In this document: positions 20,093-30,061 of the stretch, in pieces
How the letters are laid out: every line of letters starts with the position of its first letter
Position numbering within the stretch: position 1 is the stretch's first letter
Source of the DNA: Acidobacteriota bacterium
Lineage (GTDB): Bacteria; Acidobacteriota; UBA890; WLXD01
Direction of reading: 5' to 3'
DNA length: 64,000 nt
Assembly (NCBI GenBank): GCA_963666215.2
Contig: CAXWPL010000005.1
Span: 352,001 to 416,000, forward strand
Program-made: the position numbers and the translations under genes
The notes under the pieces: model-generated
What the model was told of the DNA's origin: nothing
Database searches by the model: none
Seen by the model: the letters and a program-made list of their open reading frames with translations, nothing else

Positions 20093-20206
20093 GAGACGAG
20101 CAGAATGTTCCGTTGCGAGCTGCCAACACGAAGTTCGAACGAGACCACCGGCGGTTGTCCGGCGCGCCGCACGCGCGGGAACCGCGCCCGACCGGAGCTG
20201 ATTCCG

Positions 20207-21274
20207 ATGACCTCAGTACGCCTACTGCTCGTGTTGACGTTTCTCACCGCTGCTTGTGTACCGGAGCCGCCGGTCGAATCGACAGCGGCGACAACCGCAG
20301 ACTCGGCGCAGGCGATGGAGGCCGACCCGGTCGAGAACCCGCCGGCCGACCGCTACTTCGACCCGCAAGGCCGCGTGCGCGTGTCGCTGCTGAAAATGCC
20401 CTACTCCGACGCCCGCAATGTGCCCGAGCTCTCCGGCGGCCCCGACTACATCGAGCAGGGCGGCCTCCTCGATGTACTCGAGAACATGGACGTCACGCTA
20501 CGCGAGACCCAAACTGTGGCGCTTACGCCCGACCAAGCCGGCGACTACGGCGAGTGGCACCGCATGGCAATGGCGTCGGGAAACTACGGCGAGCTCGTCG
20601 CCGACAATGAGCGCGGCGGATTTCTGACTGTTGGCCTGCTGTCCAACTGCACGTCGCTTCTTGGCACGCTGTCGGGTCTGCAGCACTCGGGATCGGGCGA
20701 TCAGCCGCGCAAGATCGCGATGGTCTTCATCGATGCACACGGCGATTTCAACACCCCCGAGTCGACGCTGTCTGGAATGCTCGGCGGCATGCCTGTGGCG
20801 ATCTCGGCCGGCATGTGCCTGCACAACCTGCGGCTGGAATCGGGGCTCGACCCGGCGCTGCCGAGCGAACGCATCGTTCTTGGCGCCGCTCGCGACCTCG
20901 ACCCCCTCGAGCGCGAACTCGTCGAAGACTCCGACATCGTCCAGGTCAGCACCGATGACTTCCGCCAGATCTCCCCTCACCTGCTCGCTCAGATGGACCG
21001 TCTCTCGGAGATCTCCGACCTGATCTACGTCCACATCGACATGGACGTGCTCGATCCGGCGGAGGTCCCCGGCCACCCGCTGACCGTCCCGGATGGCCCC
21101 ACCAGCCTGGAGCTCGGCGCCGCGCTCACCGAGATGTTCAAGTACCCCAAGGTGGCGGCACTGGGCATCGCCTCAACGCCCTGGGGTCGGCGCGATCCCG
21201 ATGGTGTGTCACTGCTGGCGGCCCACAACCTGATCGAGGCCGCGGTGCAGGGCGTGCGGCTGCGACAGGAGTAA
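20207..21274 (+). CDS. Arginase-family ureohydrolase, predicted lipoprotein
   Basis: Signal MTSVRLLLVLTFLTAAC. DAHGDFNTP, SG.LGGM and HIDMDVLDP motifs. Confidence 0.85.
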   Translation: MTSVRLLLVLTFLTAACVPEPPVESTAATTADSAQAMEADPVENPPADRYFDPQGRVRVSLLKMPYSDARNVPELSGGPDYIEQGGLLDVLENMDVTLRETQTVALTPDQAGDYGEWHRMAMASGNYGELVADNERGGFLTVGLLSNCTSLLGTLSGLQHSGSGDQPRKIAMVFIDAHGDFNTPESTLSGMLGGMPVAISAGMCLHNLRLESGLDPALPSERIVLGAARDLDPLERELVEDSDIVQVSTDDFRQISPHLLAQMDRLSEISDLIYVHIDMDVLDPAEVPGHPLTVPDGPTSLELGAALTEMFKYPKVAALGIASTPWGRRDPDGVSLLAAHNLIEAAVQGVRLRQE

Positions 21275-21428
21275 CCCATAAAGACGTTCGTTGCCGGCAT
21301 GCTCTTTCACCCAGTAGCCATCGTTCGAACCCGGGCGGCCCACCGGGGCTCGAGGAGCTCAGCGAATTCCGTGACGCGCACACCGACGCCATCGTCTCGT
21401 CCGAGCACCTGAGACCCGAGGCCCACAG

Positions 21429-22696
21429 ATGCTGCCTTTGCCGCGCAAGACTGGCCTCCCCGTCGCCTTCGGATTGCTGGCGCTCTATACGCTCGCACTC
21501 CTGTCGCTGGACCTGACGAGCGACTGGCGGCGCCTGCACGAGGACAACGGCGCGATGCACACCACCTTCGCGCTTGCCCATCTGCACCTGGGACTCGGTG
21601 AAACCCGCGGCCACGACGTCTACTACAGCCCCGACACCGAAACGGCCGCACCCTACGGTCACCATCCGCCGGCCACAGCACTGTTGCTTGCCGCCGTCTT
21701 TTCGATCACAGGTTCAGCGGCGCCCGCCGTCACCCGCCTGACGATCATCACCTTTCATCTGGCCACGCTGGCGATGTTGATCCGGCTTCTCTGTCTGGTG
21801 TCGACGCGAGCTGCCCTGTACGGCGGTTTCGTGCTCGCCACCCTGCCGATGAGCTGGTACTTCGGCCGCATGGTGAATTACGAGCCTCTTGCGCTTTGCG
21901 CCATCACGCTGCAGCTCAGCGGCTGGGTCGAGACTCGACGGACGGGATCACGCTGGGGGCTGATTCTACTCGCAGGCGGGATCGTACTGGGCGGGCTGGT
22001 GGATTGGCCGGCCTTTTTCTTCGCGGCGGTGATCGCCGGCTCGAGCTGTTAGATGTGTTCCGGGGCCGGCAACGCAGCCGGCCCGTGGCAATCACGGCGA
22101 TCGCAGCCGCGTCGCTGATCTTCGCGGTGGACATGCTGCATCTGCGCTGGGCGACCGGATCTCTGGGCCCATTGCAGAGCGTCGTACTCGACCAGGCGCT
22201 CGACGCTCCGTCGGTTTCGGTCGTGAAGTTCATCACCAGCCAGATCGAGGCCTGCCGCCACTACTTAACGAACACCGGACTGATCTCGGCGGTGCTCGTA
22301 GCGGCCGCGCTCGCCGCACCACGCTCGCGACTGGCCGGCGCGCTGTTCTCCATCCGCCACGCGGCCATAGCCCGCCGGCTACTGGCGATAGCCGGTCTCG
22401 GCGGCGGGCTCTACATCCTGGCTGCCCCGAGCTGGGCGGCGGCACACGCCTACTGGCAGATACATTCGCTCCCCTACGTCGCGCTATCGATGGTTCTGCT
22501 ACTGGCCTACGTCTGCCGGCGCGCCGTCACAGATCGGCGCTGGCGCGTCGCCCTGATCCTGCTGGCCATCGAGATCGTCGCGATGTCGACCTACACCTTC
22601 ACCCTCCGTTATCTGGACACCGAGCCCTATGCCATCCGTATGACGGAGCACTACCGCTCGACCTACCTGACTCGGGAGGATGTCGAGCTCCGTTAG
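21429..22696 (+). pseudogene. GT-C (GT39/ArnT-like) membrane glycosyltransferase split by a frameshift near 22040
   Basis: HEDNG, YGHHPP, VNYEP and LVDW motifs. The reading frame continues as LELLDVF if one base is added at GGC^TCGAG. Confidence 0.75.
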
Positions 22697-22921
22697 CTGT
22701 CTTTTTCCAGGAAGGGGCTCACTTCGGAGATCCATAGGCGATCGTGATGCGGAGAAGGTTCTTCGCGACGTGGTCGTTGGGTTGAGTGGGGGGGGGGCAG
22801 ACACGCGGAGGCGAGCCGGATCCCCGACACCCACGAGCACTGCGTCCAGGTGCTCGTGCCGCGACGGACGTCTCCGGAGATTCCTATGAAGCGCTCCAGC
22901 GGCCGGCGCCGCTGGCTCGCC

Positions 22922-23707
22922 TCAGCTCTCCTCCTTCACCGGCACGGTGTAGTTGAGCGGCAGGCGACCGCCGTCGGGATACACCGTTTGCCCGGTGACG
23001 TAGGAGGCGTAGTCGCTGGCCAGAAACACCGCAACCTTGGCAACCTCGTCCGCCTCGCCGAAGCGACCCAGTGGCGTGCGCGACAGGATCGTGCGCCGCG
23101 ACTCCTCGCTCTTCATCACTTCGGTCAGCATGTCGGTAGCGATCGAGCCCGGACCGATGGCGTTGACGCGAATCCCATGCGGCGCGAGCCCCAGCGCCAT
23201 GGCGCGCGTGAGCTGGGTGATCCCGCCTTTTGACACCGCGTAGGGAAGCTGATCGGGGATCGCTACCACCGCGTTGGTCGACGACATGTTGATGATCGCG
23301 CCTTCGATGCCTTTATCGACCATGTGCCGCGCCACCAACCTGCTGAGCAGGAACGTGCCACGCAGGTTGACGGCTAGAACTCGGTCGAAGTCTTCAATAG
23401 AGGCGTCGAGAATCGAACCGGCGACGATGATGCCGGCGTTGTTGAGCAGGATGTCGCATTGGCCAAAGCGATCGATGCCAGCGGCGAGCAGGCGCTCGCA
23501 ATCTTCCGGCTCGCTGATGTCAGCCTTGACCGCCAGAGCTTGGGCGCCGGTCGTTGAGGCGATCTCCTCGGCGGCGGCACGGCAGGCGTCTTCGGCAACG
23601 TCGGCGAGCACGACGGCCGCGCCATGCTCCGCGAAGGCCCTCGCGCAGGCCGCACCAATGCCACGAGCGGCGCCTGTAACGATGGCCGTCCTGCGGTTGA
23701 GGTTCAT
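22922..23707 (-). CDS. Short-chain dehydrogenase/reductase (glucose 1-dehydrogenase-like)
   Basis: TGAARGIG, NNAG, YAVSK, RVNAIGPG and GQTVYPDGG motifs. Confidence 0.93.
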   Translation of the reverse strand: MNLNRRTAIVTGAARGIGAACARAFAEHGAAVVLADVAEDACRAAAEEIASTTGAQALAVKADISEPEDCERLLAAGIDRFGQCDILLNNAGIIVAGSILDASIEDFDRVLAVNLRGTFLLSRLVARHMVDKGIEGAIINMSSTNAVVAIPDQLPYAVSKGGITQLTRAMALGLAPHGIRVNAIGPGSIATDMLTEVMKSEESRRTILSRTPLGRFGEADEVAKVAVFLASDYASYVTGQTVYPDGGRLPLNYTVPVKEES

Positions 23708-23944
23708 TGTTTTCTTTCTTGTCGAGCTCGATGGGTGTCGGCCTGGCGCACGAGCATATCTGACGATCGCGCTACAGCGGATGCAGTCGACGCAAGGGCG
23801 GCCGTGGGCTCTCCAGCCGGTCGCTCGACCCATCACCATGCCCAACCACGCTCAGGGTGGTTCCGCCGTATGCTCAACCTGCAACCGATGCGCGGCGTGC
23901 CTGGTGCAGTAAGGGAATATGCGCGTGGATGGAATGACGACACG

Positions 23945-24973
23945 ATGCAGCTGAGGCGGCATCGGCAGAAGCCGAGTCTCGAAAGTCTCCGAACAACCTG
24001 GCGCGATCTGCCGCCCGCCGACAGCCCCATGCCCAAGCTCTGGTCGCTGATCGTCTTTGGCCACGACCGGCGCCAAAGTAAGCTGCTGCGCCAGTACACG
24101 CCGCTGCTCCGAACCGTGCGTGTACAAGTGACGCCCTCGTACTGGAACCGAAACTTGGCGAACGAGCCACGCTACGAGGGCTGGGAATGGATGGAGTGGG
24201 CGCTCTGGTGCGTCGAGAGCTGGCTGCGCGATGGATTCAACGTGGCCTTCCAGCTCCACGACGACGCTATCGACATCGCACGCCCCGACTATGCGGCGGA
24301 GTGCGTCGAGTTCGTCGAGCAGCTCGAGTCGCGCATCGCGGCGATAGGCCGGCCGCTTCGCGGACGCGTGATTGGGCAACTGTTCGATGCGGAGTGGGAA
24401 GACAAACACTACGTGGCCGATGGCTGGCGCGGCTACGTCGAGCGCATCGCGCCCTGTGTACGCGCCATGCGCGGTAGCCGTCACCCGATCCCACTGTTCG
24501 GCCCTGGCGGCACGCACCCTGAGGACGACACGCTCGACGATGTGCTCGCCGCAATGACAGCTCGTGAGGCGCGCTTCGACCAGTGCACCGCACACATGTA
24601 CAGCGACTGGGGCTCGGGCGGCTGGGGCCGGGGCTGGGAAAAGCGCTTCCTCCAGCTGCTCGAGACAGCGCGACAGCACGGCTATCCCGACCTCGCGATC
24701 ACCGAATGTGGCGTCTCCGGCCGCCGAGGCTGGGGCGACGATCTCAATTCGGGAACCGCTATGCAGCGCCACGACACTCGCCTGGGTTCGCTCAAACGCC
24801 GTCTCGACCGCGATCCGCGCGTCCGTGCGTGTTGCTATTATCAATTCACTGAGGGGCCCAGCGAGCGCGACGAGGAGCACGGCGGTGGCTTCGGCCTGTT
24901 CGTGCCCAACGAGAACGCGCTGACGGGCTGGGATCCGAAGACGGCTGTGCGCTACTTCGCGGCTGTCGTGTAG
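23945..24973 (+). CDS. Putative clan GH-A glycoside hydrolase-like TIM barrel; start uncertain
   Basis: AHMY and AITECG (nucleophile-like) motifs, YYQF...GFGL C-terminus. Confidence 0.55.
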   Translation: MQLRRHRQKPSLESLRTTWRDLPPADSPMPKLWSLIVFGHDRRQSKLLRQYTPLLRTVRVQVTPSYWNRNLANEPRYEGWEWMEWALWCVESWLRDGFNVAFQLHDDAIDIARPDYAAECVEFVEQLESRIAAIGRPLRGRVIGQLFDAEWEDKHYVADGWRGYVERIAPCVRAMRGSRHPIPLFGPGGTHPEDDTLDDVLAAMTAREARFDQCTAHMYSDWGSGGWGRGWEKRFLQLLETARQHGYPDLAITECGVSGRRGWGDDLNSGTAMQRHDTRLGSLKRRLDRDPRVRACCYYQFTEGPSERDEEHGGGFGLFVPNENALTGWDPKTAVRYFAAVV

Positions 24974-24998
24974 GCCACAGCCCGCCACCGGGCCCGGC

Positions 24999-27180
24999 GT
25001 GGCCTATCTGTTCATGGCGAAAGAATTGACGAACGAAGCGAAAGCCGGGGCCCGCGACATCGTGACGGCCGACGATTCTGCGAATGGGGTCGGCGAAGCG
25101 CCCGGCATGTCCTTCGGTCAGGCCGTTCTGGTTGTGTTGGGCCTCTACGTATGGGTGGTGGCGTCGCGGTTCTACACGGTGCTTGGCACGGCACCCGACT
25201 TCTGGGTAGCCCGGGGGACCACCGGGGTCGAGCTTGTCTGGACAATCCTTCTGCTGACGGTGGCTATTCCCGTTGTGCTTGCCGTTGTCGCAGGCGCTCT
25301 GATTGGGCTGCCGTGGAGGGTGGCTCGGATCCCGGGCTTCGGAATCGTGGCCGCTCTGTGCGCGCTTGGCGCGGCCGGGGTGTTCCGAACGCTGGGCTGG
25401 GACGTGGCGCTCACGTGGTCGGTTGCGCTTGGCGTAGCCGTCACAATCCTGATCGTGCGCTACCCAGGTCCTCGATTCCTGGTTAGCGCGGTGGCCCCTG
25501 GGCTAGTCGTCGTCGCGGCGCTCCTGCTGCTCCAACCTGGCGCCCGGCTCGTTCTACGGAGCGGCGAAGAACCGGTGAGCTTCGCGAGTGAGGTCGGCAG
25601 GCCCGTGCCCATTGTGGTCCTCGTGTTCGATGGGCTACCGCTCTACTTCCTGATGGATCGCGATGGATCGATTGATGAGCGCCTTTTCCCCAACTTCCAG
25701 AGACTCGCAGATACCTCGACTTGGTTCCGAGATGCCACCACGGTAGCCGACTCCACCGTTCAGGCAATGACGGCGATCCTCACCGGTCGGTACCCCGATG
25801 TGACGTACCAGCGCGCGGCCGTGTTTCACGATTATCCGGTGAATCTCCTGACTGTGCTACCCGACGAGTATCAGAAGAACGTCTTCGAACGGCACCCCCT
25901 GTTCTCGCCTCGATCATCGGCCGATCGCGGCAGCTTGCCGCCACTCATCCAGGAGAATCTTCTGGATCTGGCCTTGATCTACCTGCATGGCGCCATGCCT
26001 GCGTCGATTACGGGGCGCCTTCCGGCCGTGGACCAGACATGGCGGGGGTTCTGGCTCGGTGCGGAGTCCACAGAGGAGACTCGCGAGTCCGACAACCCCG
26101 ATGAGTCTTTTCGACGCTGGGTGAGAGAAGAGACAGCTTCGTACACACACGATCGATCGGACCAATATTTCGAATTCCTCGACGCCCTATCGCCCCAGCA
26201 GGGTCTCTACTTTCACTACTACAAGAGCAAGCTGCCGCATCGCCCGTGGGAGTACCTTCCCAGCGGTCGGTCCTACAAGGGTTATCGAGACGCCCCGGTG
26301 GACAACGAAGCCTCCCAGGGGTTCCAGCGCCATCTCCTCCAGTCGATGTATGTCGACGTACAGCTGGGCCAGCTACTCGATCGACTCGACGCTTCCGAGT
26401 GGGGTGACCAGGCGTTGGTGCTGGTCACCGCTGACCATGGCGTGAGCTTCAAGAAGGGGCGACAAAGCCGGCGGCCGACGGGCAAGAGTGTTGGCGAGGT
26501 CCTCCCGATTCCCCATGTTCCTCAAGCTACCCGGTCAGGCTGAAGGGACCATTGTCGAGGGTTTGACAGAAACCGTCGACATTCTGCCGACGATCCTCTC
26601 GGTGCTGGAGATCACGGTGCCAACCGAGTTCGACGGAGTCGATGCGCTCGCAAACCGCAGCCGGCAATCAGCGTATCACTTCATTGACAACGAACAACCG
26701 ATTCGCAACGTGCAAGAGTTCACCTACTCACGGCTCCTGGAGACGCGTCGTCGAGCCATCAAGCGCAAGTTGGACCTCGTCGGGAACCGCCGGGACCCGT
26801 GGGGCCTCTACCGCATCGGTCCGAATCCAGCTGTGGTGGGCAGGCAACTGTCCGAGCTTCGAACGGACGGCAGCTGCGAATCGAGAGCCGTTCTCGACGA
26901 CATGGCGGGGCTCGAGGACGTGGATCTCGATGGGAGAGTCGTGCCCACGCTCCTCGTCGGGAAAATCGCCCCTGGCAACACGGCGGCAGATCTCGCCGTC
27001 GCCGTCAACGGAACGATCGCAGCCACGGCGTCGACTTTCGCGGATCCCGCAGGAAACCCCGTCTTCAGCATGATGATTCCGGAGCTTCTTCTGCAATCAG
27101 GCCGTAATGCCGTGCTTCTCCTGGAGTTCGATGCCGGGGATGCCGAGCGTCTGGGACGCTGCGCGGCGCCCGGCGCCTAG
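24999..27180 (+). pseudogene. Membrane sulfatase-like / alkaline phosphatase superfamily transferase, frameshifted at 26511-26514
   Basis: About 5 TM helices, then LVFDGLP, PNF, T..AMTAILTG, LPHRPW and TADHG. ATT CCCC ATG has one extra C, and removing it joins VLPIP to MFLKLPGQ. Confidence 0.8.
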
Positions 27181-27367
27181 CGACTCCGAAGAAACCGCAA
27201 CGTCCCGCGGCACGCCGGCGCCGGTCCGCGCGACACGAACGGACCCAGGCCTGCGGTTGTGGAGCGCGCGCGAGGTGCAATCCTCCGCCGGGACGGTCCT
27301 GCCTCATGCTCCCTCTACGACGCTCCCGGATCGAGCCCCACGACGACAGTCGGGCAGCGAGCCCTCT

Positions 27368-27422
27368 TTCGACGCGGCTTGCACGATCCTTCGCGGAAGC
27401 TTCGAGAATGGTTAGAGACTTC
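27368..27422 (+). promoter_or_regulatory. Array of five 11-bp direct repeats, copy 1
   Basis: TTCGAcgcggc TTGCAcgatcc TTCGCggaagc TTCGAgaatgg TTAGAgacttc, about 35 bp before the amidohydrolase start. Confidence 0.75.
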
Positions 27423-27456
27423 TATGTCGCTGTCCAACGAGGGTGGGACGCACAAC

Positions 27457-28779
27457 ATGTCTCGAACCCTAGCTACCAACCTACCCACTCCGAATCGTTC
27501 GCCGCTGCGCGCCACGCGGTGTGCGATGGGGCTGGCGTCGTTCGCCGCCGCTACGCTATCCGCTTGTCCTGCGATTGACGCCGCCGCACAGACCCCGGCG
27601 CCCGACCGCGTCGCACCCACGGCGATCCTTGCGGGCACGATTCTGACCGTCGATGCCGGGACGATCTCGCCCGGGGTCGTGCTCATCAGGGATGGCAAGA
27701 TCGAGGCGGTGCTCGGCGACAGCACGGTCCCGGCCGGCTACAGGCTGATCGACGCATCGAGCCGAGTGCTGATTCCCGGGCTGGTCGACGCGCACACGCA
27801 TCTCGGGCTGAGGGAAGTACCGATCACCTCGGAGACCTTCGAAACCACCGAGAACACCCGTCCGTTTACTGCCGACGTCAGGGTCGAGGACTCCATCGAT
27901 CTGCGGAGCATGGATTTCCGGACCGCCCTTTCGCACGGCACAACGACTGCCGTCGTACTGCCGGGCAGCAGCAACCTGGTCAGCGGCCTCGGCCTGGTGG
28001 TGAAGACACGCGGCGAACGCGGTGAAGTCGCGGACAAGGAGCCGCTTCAGGCCACCATTCTGGCTTCGCCGCGCATCTTGAAGATGGCGCTGGGAATGAA
28101 CCCGAAATCGGCGTACGGCAGGAAGGGCCTGTCCCCGAAGACCCGGATGGGCGCGGCTGCCATGCTGCGCGAAAGACTCGAGGAGGCCCGCCAGTACCGT
28201 GCAGGCCAGTCGTCGTCGGTCGAGCTCGATCCCCAGCTGGAGCCCCTCCGCCGCGCCCTCGACGGCGACATCCGCGTGCACATCCATGCCGCGCGCGCCG
28301 ACGACATCCTGACGGCCCACGCCGTCATCAACGACTTCGGCCTGCGCGCTTCGATCGGTCACGCGTACGAGGCGTATTTGGTGGCGGCGGAGCTGGCACG
28401 CACTGGAGTCCCGGTGGTGATCGGCCCGAAGCTCGAGGGTTGGTACCGCGGAACAACGCCCGAAACGCCGATCAACCTCGGCGGACAGCTGGCGGACGCC
28501 GGCGTCGAGGTCTCCATCATGACCGACGGCTACGTCGACGATCTGCTCCTGCAAGCGGCGTATGCGGTACGGCTGGGAATGGGCGAAGAAGCCGCGCTGC
28601 GCGCCATTACGCTCCACCCCGCCAATAGCCTCGGGCTCGGCGATCGCATCGGTAGCCTGGCCGCGGGCAAGGACGCCGACATCGTTCTTCTCGACGGAGC
28701 ACCGTTCGAACCGGGCACCACCGTAGTCAAGGTCCTCGTGGAGGGAGAGGTCGTCTTTGATCGAACCGAATCGCCATAA
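27457..28779 (+). CDS. Amidohydrolase family protein with predicted signal peptide
   Basis: PGLVDAHTH, LKMALG.NP, IHA, GH, MTD and GSLAAGKDAD motifs. Confidence 0.9.
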   Translation: MSRTLATNLPTPNRSPLRATRCAMGLASFAAATLSACPAIDAAAQTPAPDRVAPTAILAGTILTVDAGTISPGVVLIRDGKIEAVLGDSTVPAGYRLIDASSRVLIPGLVDAHTHLGLREVPITSETFETTENTRPFTADVRVEDSIDLRSMDFRTALSHGTTTAVVLPGSSNLVSGLGLVVKTRGERGEVADKEPLQATILASPRILKMALGMNPKSAYGRKGLSPKTRMGAAAMLRERLEEARQYRAGQSSSVELDPQLEPLRRALDGDIRVHIHAARADDILTAHAVINDFGLRASIGHAYEAYLVAAELARTGVPVVIGPKLEGWYRGTTPETPINLGGQLADAGVEVSIMTDGYVDDLLLQAAYAVRLGMGEEAALRAITLHPANSLGLGDRIGSLAAGKDADIVLLDGAPFEPGTTVVKVLVEGEVVFDRTESP

Positions 28780-30061
28780 CCGTAGCCGTCGCGCGTCGAC
28801 GAAAGCCATCGCGTTGCTCTTGGGTCTAGCCCCTGCGCTTCTGGCCGCGGCAAGCGTCACGTCAATGGCCGCGTCCTCCGAACCGGCCGCTGCCGTCCAG
28901 CATGAAGACGGCCCGACCGCGACCTGGGCCGTGCGCGGCACCAACCTCTGGAGCGACGGGACGGGAAACATTGCCGGCGGAACGGTTGTCTTCGCCGACG
29001 GCCGCATCGAGGCGGTAGGAGCGGACATATCAATCCCGAAGGACGCCCGCATTCTCGAGGTTGCCGGAGGCTACGTTCTGCCGGGCTTCCTCGAGGCGCA
29101 CTCGCAATCGGGCTTGCACGGCGATGGCGTCGGCTGGGACACCGACGAGGACACCACGCCGATCACCGCCAACCTGCACGCGATCGACGCCTACTACCCG
29201 TTCGCCGCCGACGTGGCGACGGCGCGCCGCGCTGGCATCACCACGATGCTGGTGAGCCCCGGCGGCAAGAACCTGGTCGGCGGCACGGCGGCGCTGGTGA
29301 AGACCAGCGGGGTGACCCGGCGAGAGATTGTCGTCCGCCAGCCCGCCGCCATGAAGTTCAGCCTCGGCGAAGAGCCCAAGCGCGACTCGAGCGAGCCGCG
29401 GACCCGCATGGGCGAGATGGCGATGCTGCGGCGACACTTCGCCGACGCCGCAGCCTACGATCGCGCGCAGCGGGCGGCGGCGGAGAGCGGCGAGGACTTC
29501 GTCCTCGACCCCGACCTGCACGCCACTGCCGCCGTGCTGCGGGGCGAGATCCCGGCCCTTTTCCAGGCCTACCGCGCCCAGGACATCAGCAACGCGCTGC
29601 GATTGAGCGAAGAGTTCGGCTTCGACCTCCTGCTCGCGTACGCGGCAGAGGGCCACCTGGTGGCCGACGAGCTCGCCGAGCGCGGCGTCCCGGTGATCCT
29701 GACTTCGATGAAGGGTCTCTGGTATCGGCTCGAGAAGGAGTCGTTCAGTGAGCAGAACGCCGCCCTGCTGCTCGCCGCGGGAGTGCCGATCGCCCTACAG
29801 CAGGGAGAGGGCAATCCCTATGGCTCTGGCGAGCTGCTGTTCAACGCCGGACGGCTGCTACAGGCTGGCTTCGACGACGAGGATGCCCTGCGTGCCATCA
29901 CGTCGTGGCCCGCCGAGATCCTCGGAATCGCGCACCGAGTCGGAAGGCTGGCACCAGGGATGGATGCCGATGTCGTCGTCCTCTCGGGCCCGCCGTTCGA
30001 CCTCCGCAGCAAGGTTCTGCACGTCTTCATCAACGGCGAGCCGGTCTGTGAGCACGAATAG
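28757..30061 (+). CDS. Amidohydrolase family paralog with degenerate metal site and predicted signal peptide
   Basis: PGFLEAHSQ, MKFSLGE.P and GRLAPGMDAD motifs. Several metal-binding His residues are replaced. Confidence 0.88.
   Translation: MIEPNRHNRSRRASTKAIALLLGLAPALLAAASVTSMAASSEPAAAVQHEDGPTATWAVRGTNLWSDGTGNIAGGTVVFADGRIEAVGADISIPKDARILEVAGGYVLPGFLEAHSQSGLHGDGVGWDTDEDTTPITANLHAIDAYYPFAADVATARRAGITTMLVSPGGKNLVGGTAALVKTSGVTRREIVVRQPAAMKFSLGEEPKRDSSEPRTRMGEMAMLRRHFADAAAYDRAQRAAAESGEDFVLDPDLHATAAVLRGEIPALFQAYRAQDISNALRLSEEFGFDLLLAYAAEGHLVADELAERGVPVILTSMKGLWYRLEKESFSEQNAALLLAAGVPIALQQGEGNPYGSGELLFNAGRLLQAGFDDEDALRAITSWPAEILGIAHRVGRLAPGMDADVVVLSGPPFDLRSKVLHVFINGEPVCEHE

Noticed and set aside
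22788-22797. G10 homopolymer as a phase-variation tract
   Set aside because: It lies between convergent gene ends, with no promoter or CDS to switch.
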